Assembly: GCA_025201805.1 (NCBI GenBank)
Contig: MU619267.1
Span: forward strand, 1-64,000
DNA length: 64,000 nt
Direction of reading: 5' to 3'
Origin: Parasitella parasitica NRRL 2501
Taxonomy: Eukaryota; Fungi; Mucoromycota
Position 1 is the stretch's first letter; each line of letters starts with the position of its first letter. The notes under the pieces are model-generated. The model saw nothing but the letters and a program-made list of their open reading frames with translations. It searched no databases and was not told where the DNA came from. The position numbers and the translations under genes were made by a program. This document shows, piece after piece, positions 37,378-50,953 of the stretch.

Positions 37378-38651
37378 AACCCTTTTATGTTTCCTATAAA
37401 ACTTGTTTATATGTCCCCTCCCTCCCTCCCTCCCCCCTCTTTTTTTTTTCTCATCTTCCCTTAAGTAGAACTTCTTTATAAACTGTACATACACACTATA
37501 TATGAAAAATAAAACACTCAAAAGCCTTGAAAAATAACTTTATCCATACATCTTGAAGCGGATCAATGGATCGAATATTTACCCGAGACCAAATACACAT
37601 GGAAAAACTAAAATGTGTGAGCCAATAGTACAAAAAGAAAAAAAGAGATGGAGTCTTTTCTCTTTCATTTTCTTGCTCTTTCATATGCACGCTTCCTCTC
37701 TAAATAAGGGCTTTTCCTTGTAAATTACTAGACAAATCCATCTCTGTTATCTTTAAGGTTAAATAAACAAATAAAATTGTGTTTGTATTTATGTCGTACG
37801 AAATCGTTTATTAAGCTGAGATCAAGAAAATGATTTCTATATTAAAAATCTTGGTCTTCTACGCTTGCAGGTACCTATTTCTCGATCTTTCCTGATCAAA
37901 TCCCTCATTGTACATGTTAGCTAGAATTTGAGTGTGTCCCTTTGCAGTTATGAAATGGTGTCAGGTTTAGTGAGTTCGCGGGCGAATTGGACGGACATGT
38001 CAAGTCTTCAAACCGTCTTTTTACGTTGGTCTTTTGACAGAAAGGAGACGAGCTCCAGTTTGTGTTAAAAAAAAAAGCCAGCGTATAGCAGCCTACAGTC
38101 AATGCTATGTTTTTTTGAGCGCCATGTGGCAAATCACTTCACAGTACCAGCATTCTGAGCATCAGTCCACAGTTTTCAAGTAATTGCTTGAAGGAAAAAG
38201 TCAAACGATACCAAGAAATTCTTGAGAGCTGTGTTTAATCGATGGGATGAAAGATACTGTACATGCATTCAAGATACTGCGCCGTTTCTCTGACATTACT
38301 TCTGTGGTCCAAAATTGAGTTTACAGAATACCTTTTACGTGTACTTTGCTCATGAGGAATTAAAAGGAACTAGAAGAAAGAATGACTAATCTTTTCTGAC
38401 TTTTTTCATGTACAAGAGATTATCTAAACAACTGCTCCACCAACACATTGATTTAAAAATCAGTTTGCCAGATTACAGCAAAAATTGGGTTCGCTCTGAC
38501 TACGATGTTCACTGACATGTCTGCAGGTTTTATATATATATGGAAAAAGTCATCTGTTAAGCGTAGTGGAATTTTTTTCTTCTCATTATACTTTATTGTT
38601 TTAATATGATACACAGTTTTATTTTATTTTATTGGTTTGGGGGGGGGGGGG

Positions 38652-39606
38652 TCAAGCCTTATTGATTTTGATGGTAGTAGGGCCCTCGATACAAGAAATG
38701 GTGACGATCTGGCCCTTTTCAACATCTTTAATATCTTGCTTAGCATTGTCGCTACTACCGACTATGGAGATGGTAATACCATTAGGATACATTGTCTTTG
38801 AGGTCATCCATTTACATTCGCCAGAGCCATCAAGATCGCAGACATACTCTCTCTTTGCATGATCAAACACCTCTGATTTGAATTTAGCCAAACAATCAAT
38901 AGCAGTAGGCGCAAAACCAAATTCTTGAACGTATTTAACGACAGAGCCAGCACAAAGAGGTACTTGCTGCTGAACACTTTTTAAGAAAGCAGTAGGAATA
39001 GAGCCAGCCAGATCGACTTGAGTAATATAAGTAACATGAATGCCTGCATCTGCCTTGGTAATCTTCCATCCAGAAATCATTAAATTAGCACGGACACAGC
39101 CAGAAATTACAGGAATCGACTCGTCTTCAACAGATGTCATAACAACATAACATTCATTGTCGGAAATCTCACGAAGAGAAGTGGCAGCCATATCACGAGG
39201 ACTGACAGGCCAAGGTGTCTTGATCTTGCACCAGAACAAAGCTTCGACCCTGCTGAACATTTGCTTGATTTCAGATGTGTCATACTTTTCATCCCCTGTT
39301 ACCAACAATGGGTTGAAATCAGCCCTTTTTTCCCCTCCTCAAATATAACAATTATGTCAACTTACAAATTGCTCTACAACCAGGTAACGTAGCAACAGAT
39401 AAAACTTGCTGAGGAGTGTATTCATGACCGACAAGGTCAGTCTCACCACGCACAATTGCAATGGGGCTTCCGTCGATGATTTTGCTGTAGAGTTTGACAC
39501 CATCCTTCTCTTGAATGTAACTCCAGCCGTCTAACGAACTAGCAAGCTGTTTCAAGTTGGACAAAGCCTTTCTGGTAGTTTCAGCATGAATATTTTGAAC
39601 GGGCAT
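38652..39606 (-). CDS. START-domain lipid-binding protein, 2 exons
   Basis: GWSYIQEKDGVKLY, RAI/WDEKYD, PWPVSPRD, GCVRANLMISGW, VTYITQVDLAGSIP. Confidence 0.88.
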
Positions 39607-41369
39607 TTTCTGATTTTTATATTGGGTGTTATTATATGTATATAGAAAAGAAGAAAACGAGAAAACATTAAATTTGATGTGGTTATATACACAGGCGGTT
39701 CCCTAAATCTCGATCATGATATTGCAGGGTAAGCGATATAAGGAACTGCTTTCTTTCGACAGAATATTGCATGTAATACAATGATAGCCTGTACGCCAAT
39801 AGTTGCGATACTATCATGTGAAATGGATTCAATGTATACCACTGTTAAAAAGGAGGGGCACACTTTCATATGACAATTGCAAATGAACTGTAATTTTTCT
39901 TGCGCTCCTCGGCTAACTACTAACAGTAAAGATCACTTTTAACATGAGATGCACAAAGATTACGACAATCATCCCATATATAATATACATGCTCAATTAT
40001 ATACAATAAGTTGCTTTTAATAATGGTCGTAAATACAGTGCTACATTAAGTCTTGTGTTGTCGAATCCATGGTATATACGACGTGGGAGTTTTACTCTCT
40101 CATATGTAAGTTCTCCTCATTCTATGACAATAAAATGTGCGATGGATATAATTCGCATAAAAATACATCATGCTGGCTCATTTTTTTTCCGCAACATGTC
40201 TGTAAATCATTCGGCAAGATGAAAATACGATTTCATAAGCGCGACATTACTCGCGTATAATTGATATTAGTGCAGGAGAGAAGAGAAATGATACACATGA
40301 ATTAATGAAGTGAATTACATTTTGGTACGAGCATACACCATATATGGATCTAGGGAAAATAATTGATGCATGGCATCAATGCCAATTCTGTGAATCCTTG
40401 CTCAGATTTCACATGTTAGATATAAAAATGAATACGCACATAGTTGCTTGATGCAATAAATCTATTGTAACCTAGAAGGCAAATTGGCCAAATCCATGGG
40501 AAAGCACTGTTTTTCTAGACACATGGAGCAAAGGCTAGCTTTGTACGTGACATACAGGATATATAGCTAAAATAATCAAATGGTGTGGAATCTTTAATGC
40601 AACAGCCATTGACTAAATCAAATTTATTAAAGACCTTACCGAAGTACTGCAAATGTTTGATAAAACATACAAATTTGGCAACTTTAAAACTGGAGGAGCT
40701 CATGTTTCGTTTTTAACTATAAGGGAATAAACCTGAAATATTATCAAAAAAGCCTTTATTAATCGGTAGAAAAAGCCTTCTGGTATCATATGCCTTGTGT
40801 CGTTCGTGTTCGTCCTCTTAAATCAGCATTCAGCATTCAGCAACAATAGAAATCTTGCAAAATGAGCAAGATCTTGAGACATTGTTTTGACAGTTACTTT
40901 CTTAGCGAGTTGATCCTTACATATCTCACAATAATTAATCACAGCTGTATTTTGGCTTTCAGTGACGATATTAATGTCTGGCCACTTTGGCTATCATCGC
41001 AAATAAGCTGGTAGCAATATTCTTTTGTGATTAATTTGATTGATCTGTTTTCTACAATATTCTATTGAAAATGTAGTCATTAATATGGGGTACATATAAA
41101 ATAATATATTGATATTATACTTACAAAAGAGCATCAGTATCTTATATCGAAGAAAATGTGAGAGCTTTTGCTCAAATTTTCTCAACAAACATCTTAGTAT
41201 GTAAAATTAAAAATGCATTTCGACCAAGATCAGATTTCGCAAAAGATTCTTTGTACGAGTTGGATTACATCTAAAATAGAGATATTATTACATTTGTTTG
41301 GAACTATAAAAAAGATTTGATAAATCAACCACATCATTCACTAAGTGCTTAAACAAACAAAATATCGAT

Positions 41370-41905
41370 TTTGTATTAGATGAACCTGTAAGAAAAGTTC
41401 AAAAGATCAACAATAATGAAGCTGTAAAAAAGAGACAAAGACGTCTTAATATACTTAGACAATATCACTGCAATACAAAAGTCAATAGAAAATAAAACAG
41501 GTATTTTCTCCAATTTTAAAGGGAATGTAGCAAATAGCATTGTTAATATTTTGCCAAAGCAACTTGAATACACGAAAAATTTAAAGAAAGAAGGATACCA
41601 TATAATTGGGTAGTGTCGAAAATCCAACATCAAATCCAACATAAAATCTGACAATTTAGCAGGTTTATTACAACAAATGATCGATAATTTACATGAGAAA
41701 TCTCACTTAGACGAAGTCTTTTGTCTCCAAAGAGCAATGTTAAACAACCATTTGGAAAGGTAAAATCAAAATAATAAAACCATTATACGGCATCAAGTAT
41801 TCAATTTTAATAGATTTTTCAAAAACAATCGTCGACTATGATAAGATTTGCATTGTAGGAATAGATTACGCTGGGTTTACTATAAACATGTCTAATTTAA
41901 AAAAA
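41370..41905 (+). pseudogene. Decayed serine-recombinase/resolvase-like ORF, probably repeat-borne
   Basis: LKKEGYHIIG*CRKS...LLQQMIDNLHEKSHLDEVF(VS)...KICIVGIDYAGFTIN. TAG at 41611-41613 sits where the Y of a GYxRxS motif would be. Confidence 0.55.
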
Positions 41906-41908
41906 TCT

Positions 41909-42038
41909 CACTTTAGCTGTTCTTGTATAAATGATTTTTTTTCGGTTGAATATAAAATAGAATCATTTGGCCAAGATTCATACGTACATATAACAAATGG
42001 GGGAGTATGATACAGAAAACAAAAAGAATCAAATACAT
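41909..42038 (+). repeat. Dispersed repeat A, copy 2
   Basis: Matches 34534-34660 in direct orientation. Confidence 0.85.
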
Positions 42039-42233
42039 TTAAGTGTAGGGAGTAATATCCTTTTTTATGTATTTATTATTTGTGCAGCATATATAAGAAA
42101 TAAGTCATGATATAGAAATAAGGTGAGATAAAAATAAACTATAGTAAATGAATATAATGTGTATTTTTTTTAAAAAAAAAATCAGAAGGAGAGGAGGATA
42201 GAGAGAGAAAAAAGCGAGGAAGGGGGGGGGGTA

Positions 42234-45195
42234 TTAAGAAGTATGTTCGATAATACGTGGTTCATCACACATAATATCTGTTTTCATCATGACAGGGTTC
42301 ATTGGAGTAGTAGGAGAGCCAAAAGCATTCCAAATCCTTGAATAAACACTTGATCTCTTGCTGTTATAATTGCTGCTATTCATAGAAGTTAACGATGTTG
42401 TGTCAGATGCATAGCTTTCAGTAGACTCTCTTCGCTCACGCGGTGATGTAGGTGTGCCCACTCTATTGGCCAGCATAGATAAAGATGCAGTAGAGCTGCG
42501 CTTGGTGTTATGTATCATGGACGATGATGCACGTCGATGTTGCTGAAGGGATCCTCTGGGGCTAATGATACTACAGCTACTCGTGGTAACTCCAGAAGAA
42601 GACTCTAATTCAGCTAATCTGACCTTGGTCTCTGCCAAGTACTTTTCCAATTCACGGCAGCGTAATTCGCTCTCGACAAACTTGGTCTTGTACTCTTCTT
42701 CCAACGTATTCTTGCCTATTTGCAGTGTATGTCGTCTGTTCAATTCCTTTGTTGATTGCTGCTGTTGCTGCTGCTGTTGCTGTTGCTGCTTCTTTGTTGT
42801 GGGTTGTCCAAATAGAATTGAATGAGCTGCAAAGACTTCTTCTGAGAATGAGTTTCGAGGCATGAAGTAAGCTTTCTTTTCTTCTTGCAAATCCTTGACG
42901 CATTGCTCGAGTCTCTCCACTTCTTTGCTCAGAGTCATCTTCTCGAGCTGTAATTCAGCTGCTGTTTTTTTGGCCACCATAGCCATAGCTAGCACTTCTT
43001 CTTGATCTTGGAAAATATTATCACGTTCAGTCTGAACATCTTCAAGTTCGCTTTCAAGGTAGATAATTTTCTGTAAAAGCGTAGTATGAGATTCTTGCAT
43101 CGATTGCATTTGAGCAGTGAGTTCTTGGCAATGGTGATACAGAGATTCATAGCGCTGTGATGTTTCGAAATGATCCAACTTGACAGCCACTAGCTCAGAG
43201 GTCACGTTCTGCAATGCAGCATCCAATTTCTTTTTGTTATTGACGGCATCCTCCTCTTCGTCTGCTGCTGTTTGCTGCTGCTGCTGTTGATTTTGTAAAA
43301 GATCGACTGCATCAGTGTCAGCAGCTTGGGCATCCTGTTTTGTTAAATCAAGAGCAGGAGCCAAGGCACCAGCGATCAAAGCACCAAAATCACCAGTATC
43401 ACGAAGAGAAGCAACAAATGAAGTGTATTGATCTTGTCGTCTTTCTTTCTTCCCGGTGTCGTTAGTGGCGGCAGCGGTAACACCAGCATTGTTGGACTCG
43501 TCGCTGTCTACAGTATTGCTGGATAATTCAGCCAGTCTAGTCCTGTACTTCTTAACCCTCTTCTCGAGGACAGCGTTTCTCTTTGCTAGTTTTGTTTGGG
43601 CTGCGTCTTGGTCCATTTCATGCATTTTGAGGGCTTTATTTTCTTCTAATAATGCAGAATGTTCTTTTTGGATCTGAGCCATGGCAGCTGCAAGATCTTC
43701 TACTTGTTGCTGTAACACAGGAATTGTTTGTGTAGATGTATGTTTCTTCTTGTTGTTTGTACTAGATGCACGAAGAACAGGACGTTGTTCAGGAACAGCA
43801 ACATCGAGAGCCATGATGTCTTGGATGAATAAATCGCCATCTGCATCTTTGTTATACGCAAAAGAGTGCATCTGGCTTGTATTCAAAAATGACAAAATTT
43901 CAGCCAGGTTATTCATAGACAACAGGCGCTGCTGATTCTTTCCAACGAGTACCATGGTTGCCCGTATCACAGTTTCGACTGCTCCTTCAAGAAAAGCAAT
44001 ATCGTACAAGCGCATCATGTGCTGCTGAGATGAAATCAGGCAGGAGCATAATGTTTTATACCACATTGATGCATACATGTGAGGTTGAACTGAGAGGCGA
44101 AAAAAGTGAGCACTCAATTCAGGGAACTGCTGGGCCAAAATAGTTTGGAATTGCTGCAGACAAAGATCAAGGCGCTTGCCTTCCATGCAAAAGGTTTGCA
44201 ACAGCCTTTAAAGAGAGATTTTAGCTGTGTGTAACTGTAGTAACATGAGTGCTTTTTATTTACTCACCTGACAAATAATGCAAAAGCTTCAATTTCTGGC
44301 ATCTGTCAACCATTATTAGCAAATCAATCTGTGTTTGTGTGTACGGGAGACTTACATTTGCAAGAATTGGAGATAATAACTTAGCCATGCCTTGGTAATA
44401 GCCTACACGAGTATCGTACAGGCTGTAGGCTTTAAGTATGCGACCGGCACTTTCTTGTTGATTTGCAGGCAAGCACTGTACATCTTTATCAATCATGGCA
44501 TCAAAAGCGCACGGCTGATTTACAAATTGGTGGTATGAAATCGCTACTTCAGATTCAGACGATGTCTGGCAGATAGCTTGCCACACTTGACCGCGAACAT
44601 GTTCAGGAATGCCATGATTTGCCACCATGAATTTAAGTAAATCGAGTCTCTCCTTAACAATTGTTGCATTTTTAATGAAATTTTCCCAAATAGGCTCTGT
44701 CGTCGTGAATGATTTTAATAGTGGTGTAACTGTAACAGCCTTCATTGAATCTAGCTTGGATAGTCTGTCCAACTGCTTGATAATATATTGATCAGAAACC
44801 TAGCATAATGAAAAAATGTTTAGTCAAGGGGGCAAGACGTAGAAGAGGGGGTTCAAGGAGGGAAAAAGAAAAAGAAGAAATTTAGGTGCATAAGGCAACG
44901 TTGCTGTAAAGAAGGGATGAAAACTTACTTTAGTATCCACAGCAGTAGGATACAGTTGAAATGATGCAGGGATATTTTTATTATTATTTTTGCGTCTCTC
45001 GGCAAGAGAAAGTGAAGTGGATTTCTCTGGATAAACCAACTGTGTGGTTGTTTTATTATCAGCTGATTTTGATGCTGTAGGTCGTATCATGTTGGCCTGC
45101 TCTTTGTGCTGTTGGGTTTCAAGAACTTGGAGTTTCTCGAGTACTTGAGGTGCCAGCTCCAAGGGATTGTTTTCTGCTGGAATAAGTGTCGCCAT
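42234..45195 (-). CDS. TBC-domain Rab GTPase-activating protein with coiled-coil C-terminus (Evi5/Gyp5-like), 4 exons
   Basis: GIPEHVRGQVWQ, IDKDV, ILKAYSLYDTRVGYYQGM, FPELSAHF..VQPHMYASMWY, RLYDIAFLEG, ELVAVKL coiled coils. Confidence 0.88.
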
Positions 45196-46437
45196 TTTGT
45201 TTAAAAGGTAGAGTAAATTGCGACAGGAAGAAAAGGTGGTGAATAAAACGAGCTTTCTACTTTATAAAGTGAAAAATATTAAGCTTGTAACACTTGTATT
45301 ACAATACAAAAGAACCGAACGAAAAAGAGAAAAAAGAAAAGAGAAGGGAAAGGGTTTGCAATAAACCAGCAAGGTTATATATCATCGCAATTTACGAGAC
45401 GTTAAATACCTGAAGCGTTCGAAGAATCAAATGATTCATAATCTTGTTTTTATGCACTCCTTTCGAAGGATACACAGAAAGAGAGATAAACCCCACTGTT
45501 GCTCATGTACTATACCATTTGTTTATGTATTCACATGTACATCTATCCAAGGGGGAAGATCACTATCTTCTATTTGGTGTGATCTTTTTGTTATTGAGCC
45601 TTTATGTATACACATTTACCAAGTCTTGTTGTTAGGAATACAAGATACAGTTTCGAAAAAGGTGACACACACTTGCTTTGAGGCTGGATGAACAAAAGAC
45701 AAGGATAAAATATTGCTTCATACAGCTAGTTGAACGAAATGAGTATGCATATCCTTATTATTACTGATAATAGTCATTTCATTGCATGCAAAAATATAAC
45801 TTACTATATTACTACCCTTACAACTGTAAATTATGTCAATTCACATTAAAAACAGTATACAAAAGCTATTCTGGTAAAGATACTGACACATGGTAGGAAC
45901 AAGCAAATATTAATTCAATGATACCGCACTTTCTTTGTGAGGTGCTGTTCTGCTGTAGGTAAATAGTAGCACAGACTTCTCTGAACTATCGCCCACTCTT
46001 GTTTGTGTTTTATGTACATTAGGCTTTTTTTTTTAGTTTAAAATGATCTGCTAAAAGCGGGAACTCTAACACAGGGGTAAAATATCATTAACTTTACCGT
46101 ATTTGCGTAATTATCATAGATACAACTCTCCTTTTTTTATTTTATGTTTTAGAAGCGCCATATTTTTTGAATATATTCATTGCCTACAGCCATGCTATAA
46201 TTATTTCGGACGCGTTGTGCTGAATTAACAAAGATTACGTTAAATGATTCAATGTCATCATTTTGTAGATATGCTTAGCTGTGTTTGATCACTCTCGATG
46301 CTCACTGTTACATACTATTCGAGCATCATACAATACATTGTAATTCTGAATTTAACAACACTTGATCTCGGGCAAAGCAATCGGTTTAACTGGGTGATTT
46401 AAATAGGACTCTTGCCCAATTGACAGCCAAAAAACCA

Positions 46438-46499
46438 TACCCCTGACGGGTATTGAATCCAGTCTAATTACTTGCTCTCATTTTGAGCTATGCTAGGTA
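46438..46499 (-). pseudogene. tRNA-derived remnant (D arm and T arm, anticodon arm lost)
   Basis: Reverse strand reads TACC..TAGCTCAAAATGAGAGC..CTGGATTCAATACCCG..GGTA followed by GGTTTTTT: A-box-like, B-box-like, terminator. Confidence 0.45.
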
Positions 46500-47111
46500 A
46501 GTAGTGGTATATGGTGCTGAATGATCTTGAATAGCCACACATACCAATATTGTCAATTTAAGCTTTTAACTTATGATAATGTGTTGTTATTACTATTGAT
46601 ATCAAGTTTGAATATGAGATTATAATAGGTAATTAGGCCTCGAGTATCCTCAATGGCATTGCATTATGTAAACAAAGAAAGAAAAAAACATCATATAAGT
46701 CTTCAAGTGCCTGGAGATCAACTGATCACCCCAGAAGCTTATACACTCGATTGATCGAGTACAATATGCTTATTACCAAGGACTTACATTACAGATTTAT
46801 TTACAGACAGCAACAAAATCTATTCTTTATTTATGCAGCAATAAGACTCCAAATCGTTGTTCTCAGAACTTCTTAAAATATTACAAAATACAGTCCAAGC
46901 TTTCAACTGTATGATTTGGATGAGAGGCGTTCTGTTATCATCATGATGTAAAGTAATAGCAACAGTAATGCATTTATCAACCAATAATACTAAAAAAAAA
47001 AATTGGTAAGCAACACTTTAATCCACAAACACGCTTGTAGAGCTGCTCTTATTCTATACTATGAATTCCAGTTTAGATTTTATTTGATAACGAAATCCAC
47101 AAAATCAGATT

Positions 47112-48131
47112 TTAATCAGTCTTCCTTGCACGCACTAAATGTAATTATAAATAAAATCGTCTTTCACGATACAATTACCTTAGCCTGTACTTACCGTCAT
47201 TACGAATAGGGATCTTCAAACCTTGCTTAGCAAATGCTTTAGATAGATCTGTAGATTCTGTCATTCCAGGAAACTGATTATATAGCGAACGTTAAAAAAA
47301 AGCCAAGTTGGGTAAAAAACAAATAAACAACCAACCTTTTTCGCGGAATATACTGTAAATGGATCAGAAAACACTTGAGCAACAATCTTTGATTTGGCAT
47401 TTTCCTGAAAATCGGAACTATATAAAATCGGTCAACCTTTCAAACATATACAATACACGATAAATGGGTAACTCTACTTGACCAATTTCATTAGACTGAA
47501 ACGTAATGTATATCTTCCTTCTGTACGGATGCTCAAATCAGGAAATGCAAAATAAAGACCTTGCTCTCCTTCGGTGTTTTTCAGTAAACTAGGTGAGCTG
47601 ACAAGTGAACCCATCAATACTCTAGTGCATTTGGGTGGATTAGAGATAATATTGCGCTCCTCTGAACGGTCGTCAGACCACAAGGTTACATGAAGTACAA
47701 AAAAAGGTATTTGGAGCATTCTTAACAAAAATAAAAAATAAGCAAACAATATTAGATTCTGTTGCAAAAAACATACTGAACATCTACTGGAGAATCTTGT
47801 CCTTGTTGCTTTACAATCAACTGAACAATGGGTGGCGGATCAATGGGTCGTCTATCTTTCTCACCAAATCCGCACATACGAGCATGAAGAGGTTGCTGAC
47901 ACACGACAAGCTCGTAAGTTCTGTTATTAGTGAGTATACGGATCCTGGAGATAATCATCACCATGTGCGTTACCTTTTTTCACGTTCATCTAATCCTATT
48001 GACCTATATGGTATATTATCGTTGTTCTTATTGTATTCTTCTGCTGAATTGGTGTAATAAGCTGATTGCTGATAGCCATCTGCTGCATAATGTTGCTGTG
48101 ATTGTTGTAAACTAAAGTTTTCTCGGTCCAT
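47112..48131 (-). CDS. Velvet-domain protein (VelB/VelC-like), multi-exon
   Basis: YELVVCQQPLHARMCGFGEKDRRPIDPPPIVQL, LMGSLVSS, YFAFPDLSIRTEGRYTLRFSL, FSDPFTVYSAK, FPGMTEST.LSKAFAKQGLKIPIRND. Confidence 0.93.
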
Positions 48132-49441
48132 TCTCTCCTATAGTGCCCCTTGCTTATACTTGGGAGTAGTTGCTGATAAAAAACAAAGAGGGGAAAGAGA
48201 AGAATGGAAACAAAACAAAAAATGAATCTATGATCAATTCTAAATGCCCCCCGGCCTGCCCCTTCCTCTCCAGAACTCCCAGCTGTCTATATTTCAAATA
48301 GCAGCTTTCTTGGCACCACTAAACCTTGTTTGATTTGTGGTCTCAGTTGTCTTCATTTAATCACAAATTTGGATTTGATATTGTTTAATAAAGCACTCAG
48401 ATTGATACTGCTCATCATATAAAGTAATAGTAATACAAAGCACCTATATCCCTGAATAGATTAATTTAACTTCTTCTGCATCCAGTACTTTTCCATCTCG
48501 ATTGTATTCATCAGAATTTTTGTCTCACAATCAACAGCTGCGACAAACAATTGTATATTTAATATCATTAAGAACAATGATAACGAAAAGAGTGACGAAG
48601 GAATGCAGATAGAATTGACATGAGATAAAAGTCTTACGAACAGGTTCACTTCCTACTCATTACACAAGAGTTTTGTCTAGAAGTAGATATCAACAGGTGC
48701 CAAGGGAATCTCGTCTGTATTCTCTGAGAATGATAACACTACCGCCAAAAAGACTATTTTGATAATAAAAACTTTTGCTTCGTCTATTGTCGAAATCAAA
48801 GTGCTAAAAAGTCTTAAATCCTACTGTGGGCTCTTTTGACAGTCTATTGATACTCCATCTTCCGATATACTTTCTTTCCGTTAGAACTTTGTTTTAGACT
48901 CTGTCCATTACAACATCAAGCAACATGCAAAAAGTATAATTCTCGGCATTGTTAGTTCAAAAATAACTGAAATGGCATTTTCCAACAGCTTGAGCATCTT
49001 AAGGTACTGATCTGTATTCACCGATACCTTCTTCAATGCAATACTTACATTTGAATCGTCATGTTCATTCTCTCCTTCGAGTCTCTCCTCCTCTTTCTAG
49101 TTCTTGCTGATATGCAGGTTAAATCAAAACTTATTGTCGAAAAACCAACTGAAATTAAAGACTCGCTTGTAAGTTAATGCAAGGCTGCCATCCAAAAACA
49201 ATATCGAGTTTGGGGTGGATATTGCGACTAATCCCTACCTTGAAACGTAGTATTTGCCATCAGCAGCTATTGTAAAGTTTAAAGAAACAAAAGGGGAAGA
49301 GACATGCCTTTTTAAATTGATATCAAATTATATCTGTACTTGATATCATCTATTAATGAGCATAGGCATTTGAGTAACCAGCATGTCTAGATAACAAACA
49401 CAAGCAACACGAATATAAATCAATCTAACTATTTATTCAAA

Positions 49442-50953
49442 TCATTCAGGCTTCCCAATTAATCCTCTGCCCCAATTTTGGATCACTCGAGAACATTGCT
49501 GTCTAATATGTTCTGATTTTTTGGTGTTCCATAGTCCCATAGCATCTAGTTGTCTGCCATGATAAACGCATTGTTCCCAGTAAAATTTTGAGTATAATCT
49601 TTTTTCAATGACGCTCTAGACAAACAAAATCAATATATAGGATAGAAAGTACCATAAATATCAGTGCCTTACATCTAGGTTAGATATGGCAAAGTTTTTG
49701 TTGCTTGGCTTTTGGATAGCAAAATCGTGGGGCAAGACTAAAAAGTCGTTTCCTGCTAAATAGCTCGACAAGAGACAAGCAGATTTCTTATCTACAAAAC
49801 GTTCAGAGCACCACGGTTGAACAGTTTTACTCTGAATCACGATTGGCTCATAATCCATAGTGTATTCTGTTACAACATACAAGCTATCGGCATCTTTCCA
49901 CTTTTTAAACTCGGTTGGCCCTTGATTTATCTCGAAATTTGAATCGTATAAACCCAACAAATGTTCTCTTTCAACCAAACCCACCAATTCCTTCTTTGTT
50001 TGTGGTATTTGAATCTTATTCAATTGCTGCTGATCATCGAATTTAAAAGTTGGAATAACCAGCAGGTCACCTTGGTTGAGCAATTGCGAGTATTTGGCTT
50101 GGTTCTTCTGTAAGGTTTGACGCAAATCAGTGGCAATAACGGTGCTGAATGGCAAATCAGACACGTGGTCACTTCTTGCATAGATACGGGCCAAATTTCT
50201 TTCTAAATTGACTGGTACCATAATTGATGCCGTCTTTTCAATACCATTTGGTGTCTCGACGAGATGTATATCGACGTTTTCGAATAATTCGGGTTTAGAC
50301 TTGTATTCAGATTCTACAGCCAACAAAATATTTTTATCGAACTTGGAGGATACATGTAAAGTAGCGGAAATAGGCCCATCCCAGTGTTTTGCCATTTGAA
50401 CAAGATCTTTCCAAGTATTGGGCGTTGTCGTAACAATAAATGTCACTTGGTTCGTTTCAGGTGCTTTTGTTGCTTTTTGCCAGAATGGTTGTACATATTT
50501 AAGTGCATCATAATGACCTTGTGCAAACAATTTTGACATTTTTAATCCATGCGACATGTTACTGAGCAAAGAATAAGCTTCGTCTAAGAAAATGAAAGTT
50601 AGCATGCATATAAATGTATGCTAGAACAGCAGAAACCCTTTACCTGCATCATAAGTGCGCTGATAGCTTTGGGTATTGATGGAGCTTGCTGATTTGTACA
50701 AATGATTTCCTTGAGTTCCCGAGAATACCCAAGAAGTAGCGTGAGAAGCAGTGAACAAGATCGAAAATAAAATGTATACTACAATAGATAATCTGAACAA
50801 GCGAGACCTTAAGATGGTGTTTTTTGCTGATTCTTGTTGCTGTTGTTGTTGCTGTTGTGGCAATACAGATGAAGGTGGCAACAGTTGATCAAACCAAGAG
50901 TTTATTTGATTTACTCCTTTACTTATCCCTTTCTTTGTAGATGCTGTGTCCAT
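49442..50953 (-). CDS. GT49-like (LARGE/B4GAT1-type) type II membrane glycosyltransferase, 3 exons
   Basis: N-terminal TM helix, HWDGPISATLHV, PVNLERNLARIYARSD, LVIPTF, YEPIVI...PWCSERF, FLVLPHDF. Confidence 0.8.

Noticed and set aside
48460-49260. Possible decayed coding or TE fragment, checked for TnpB/Fanzor motifs
   Set aside because: No recognisable motif in the frames I read
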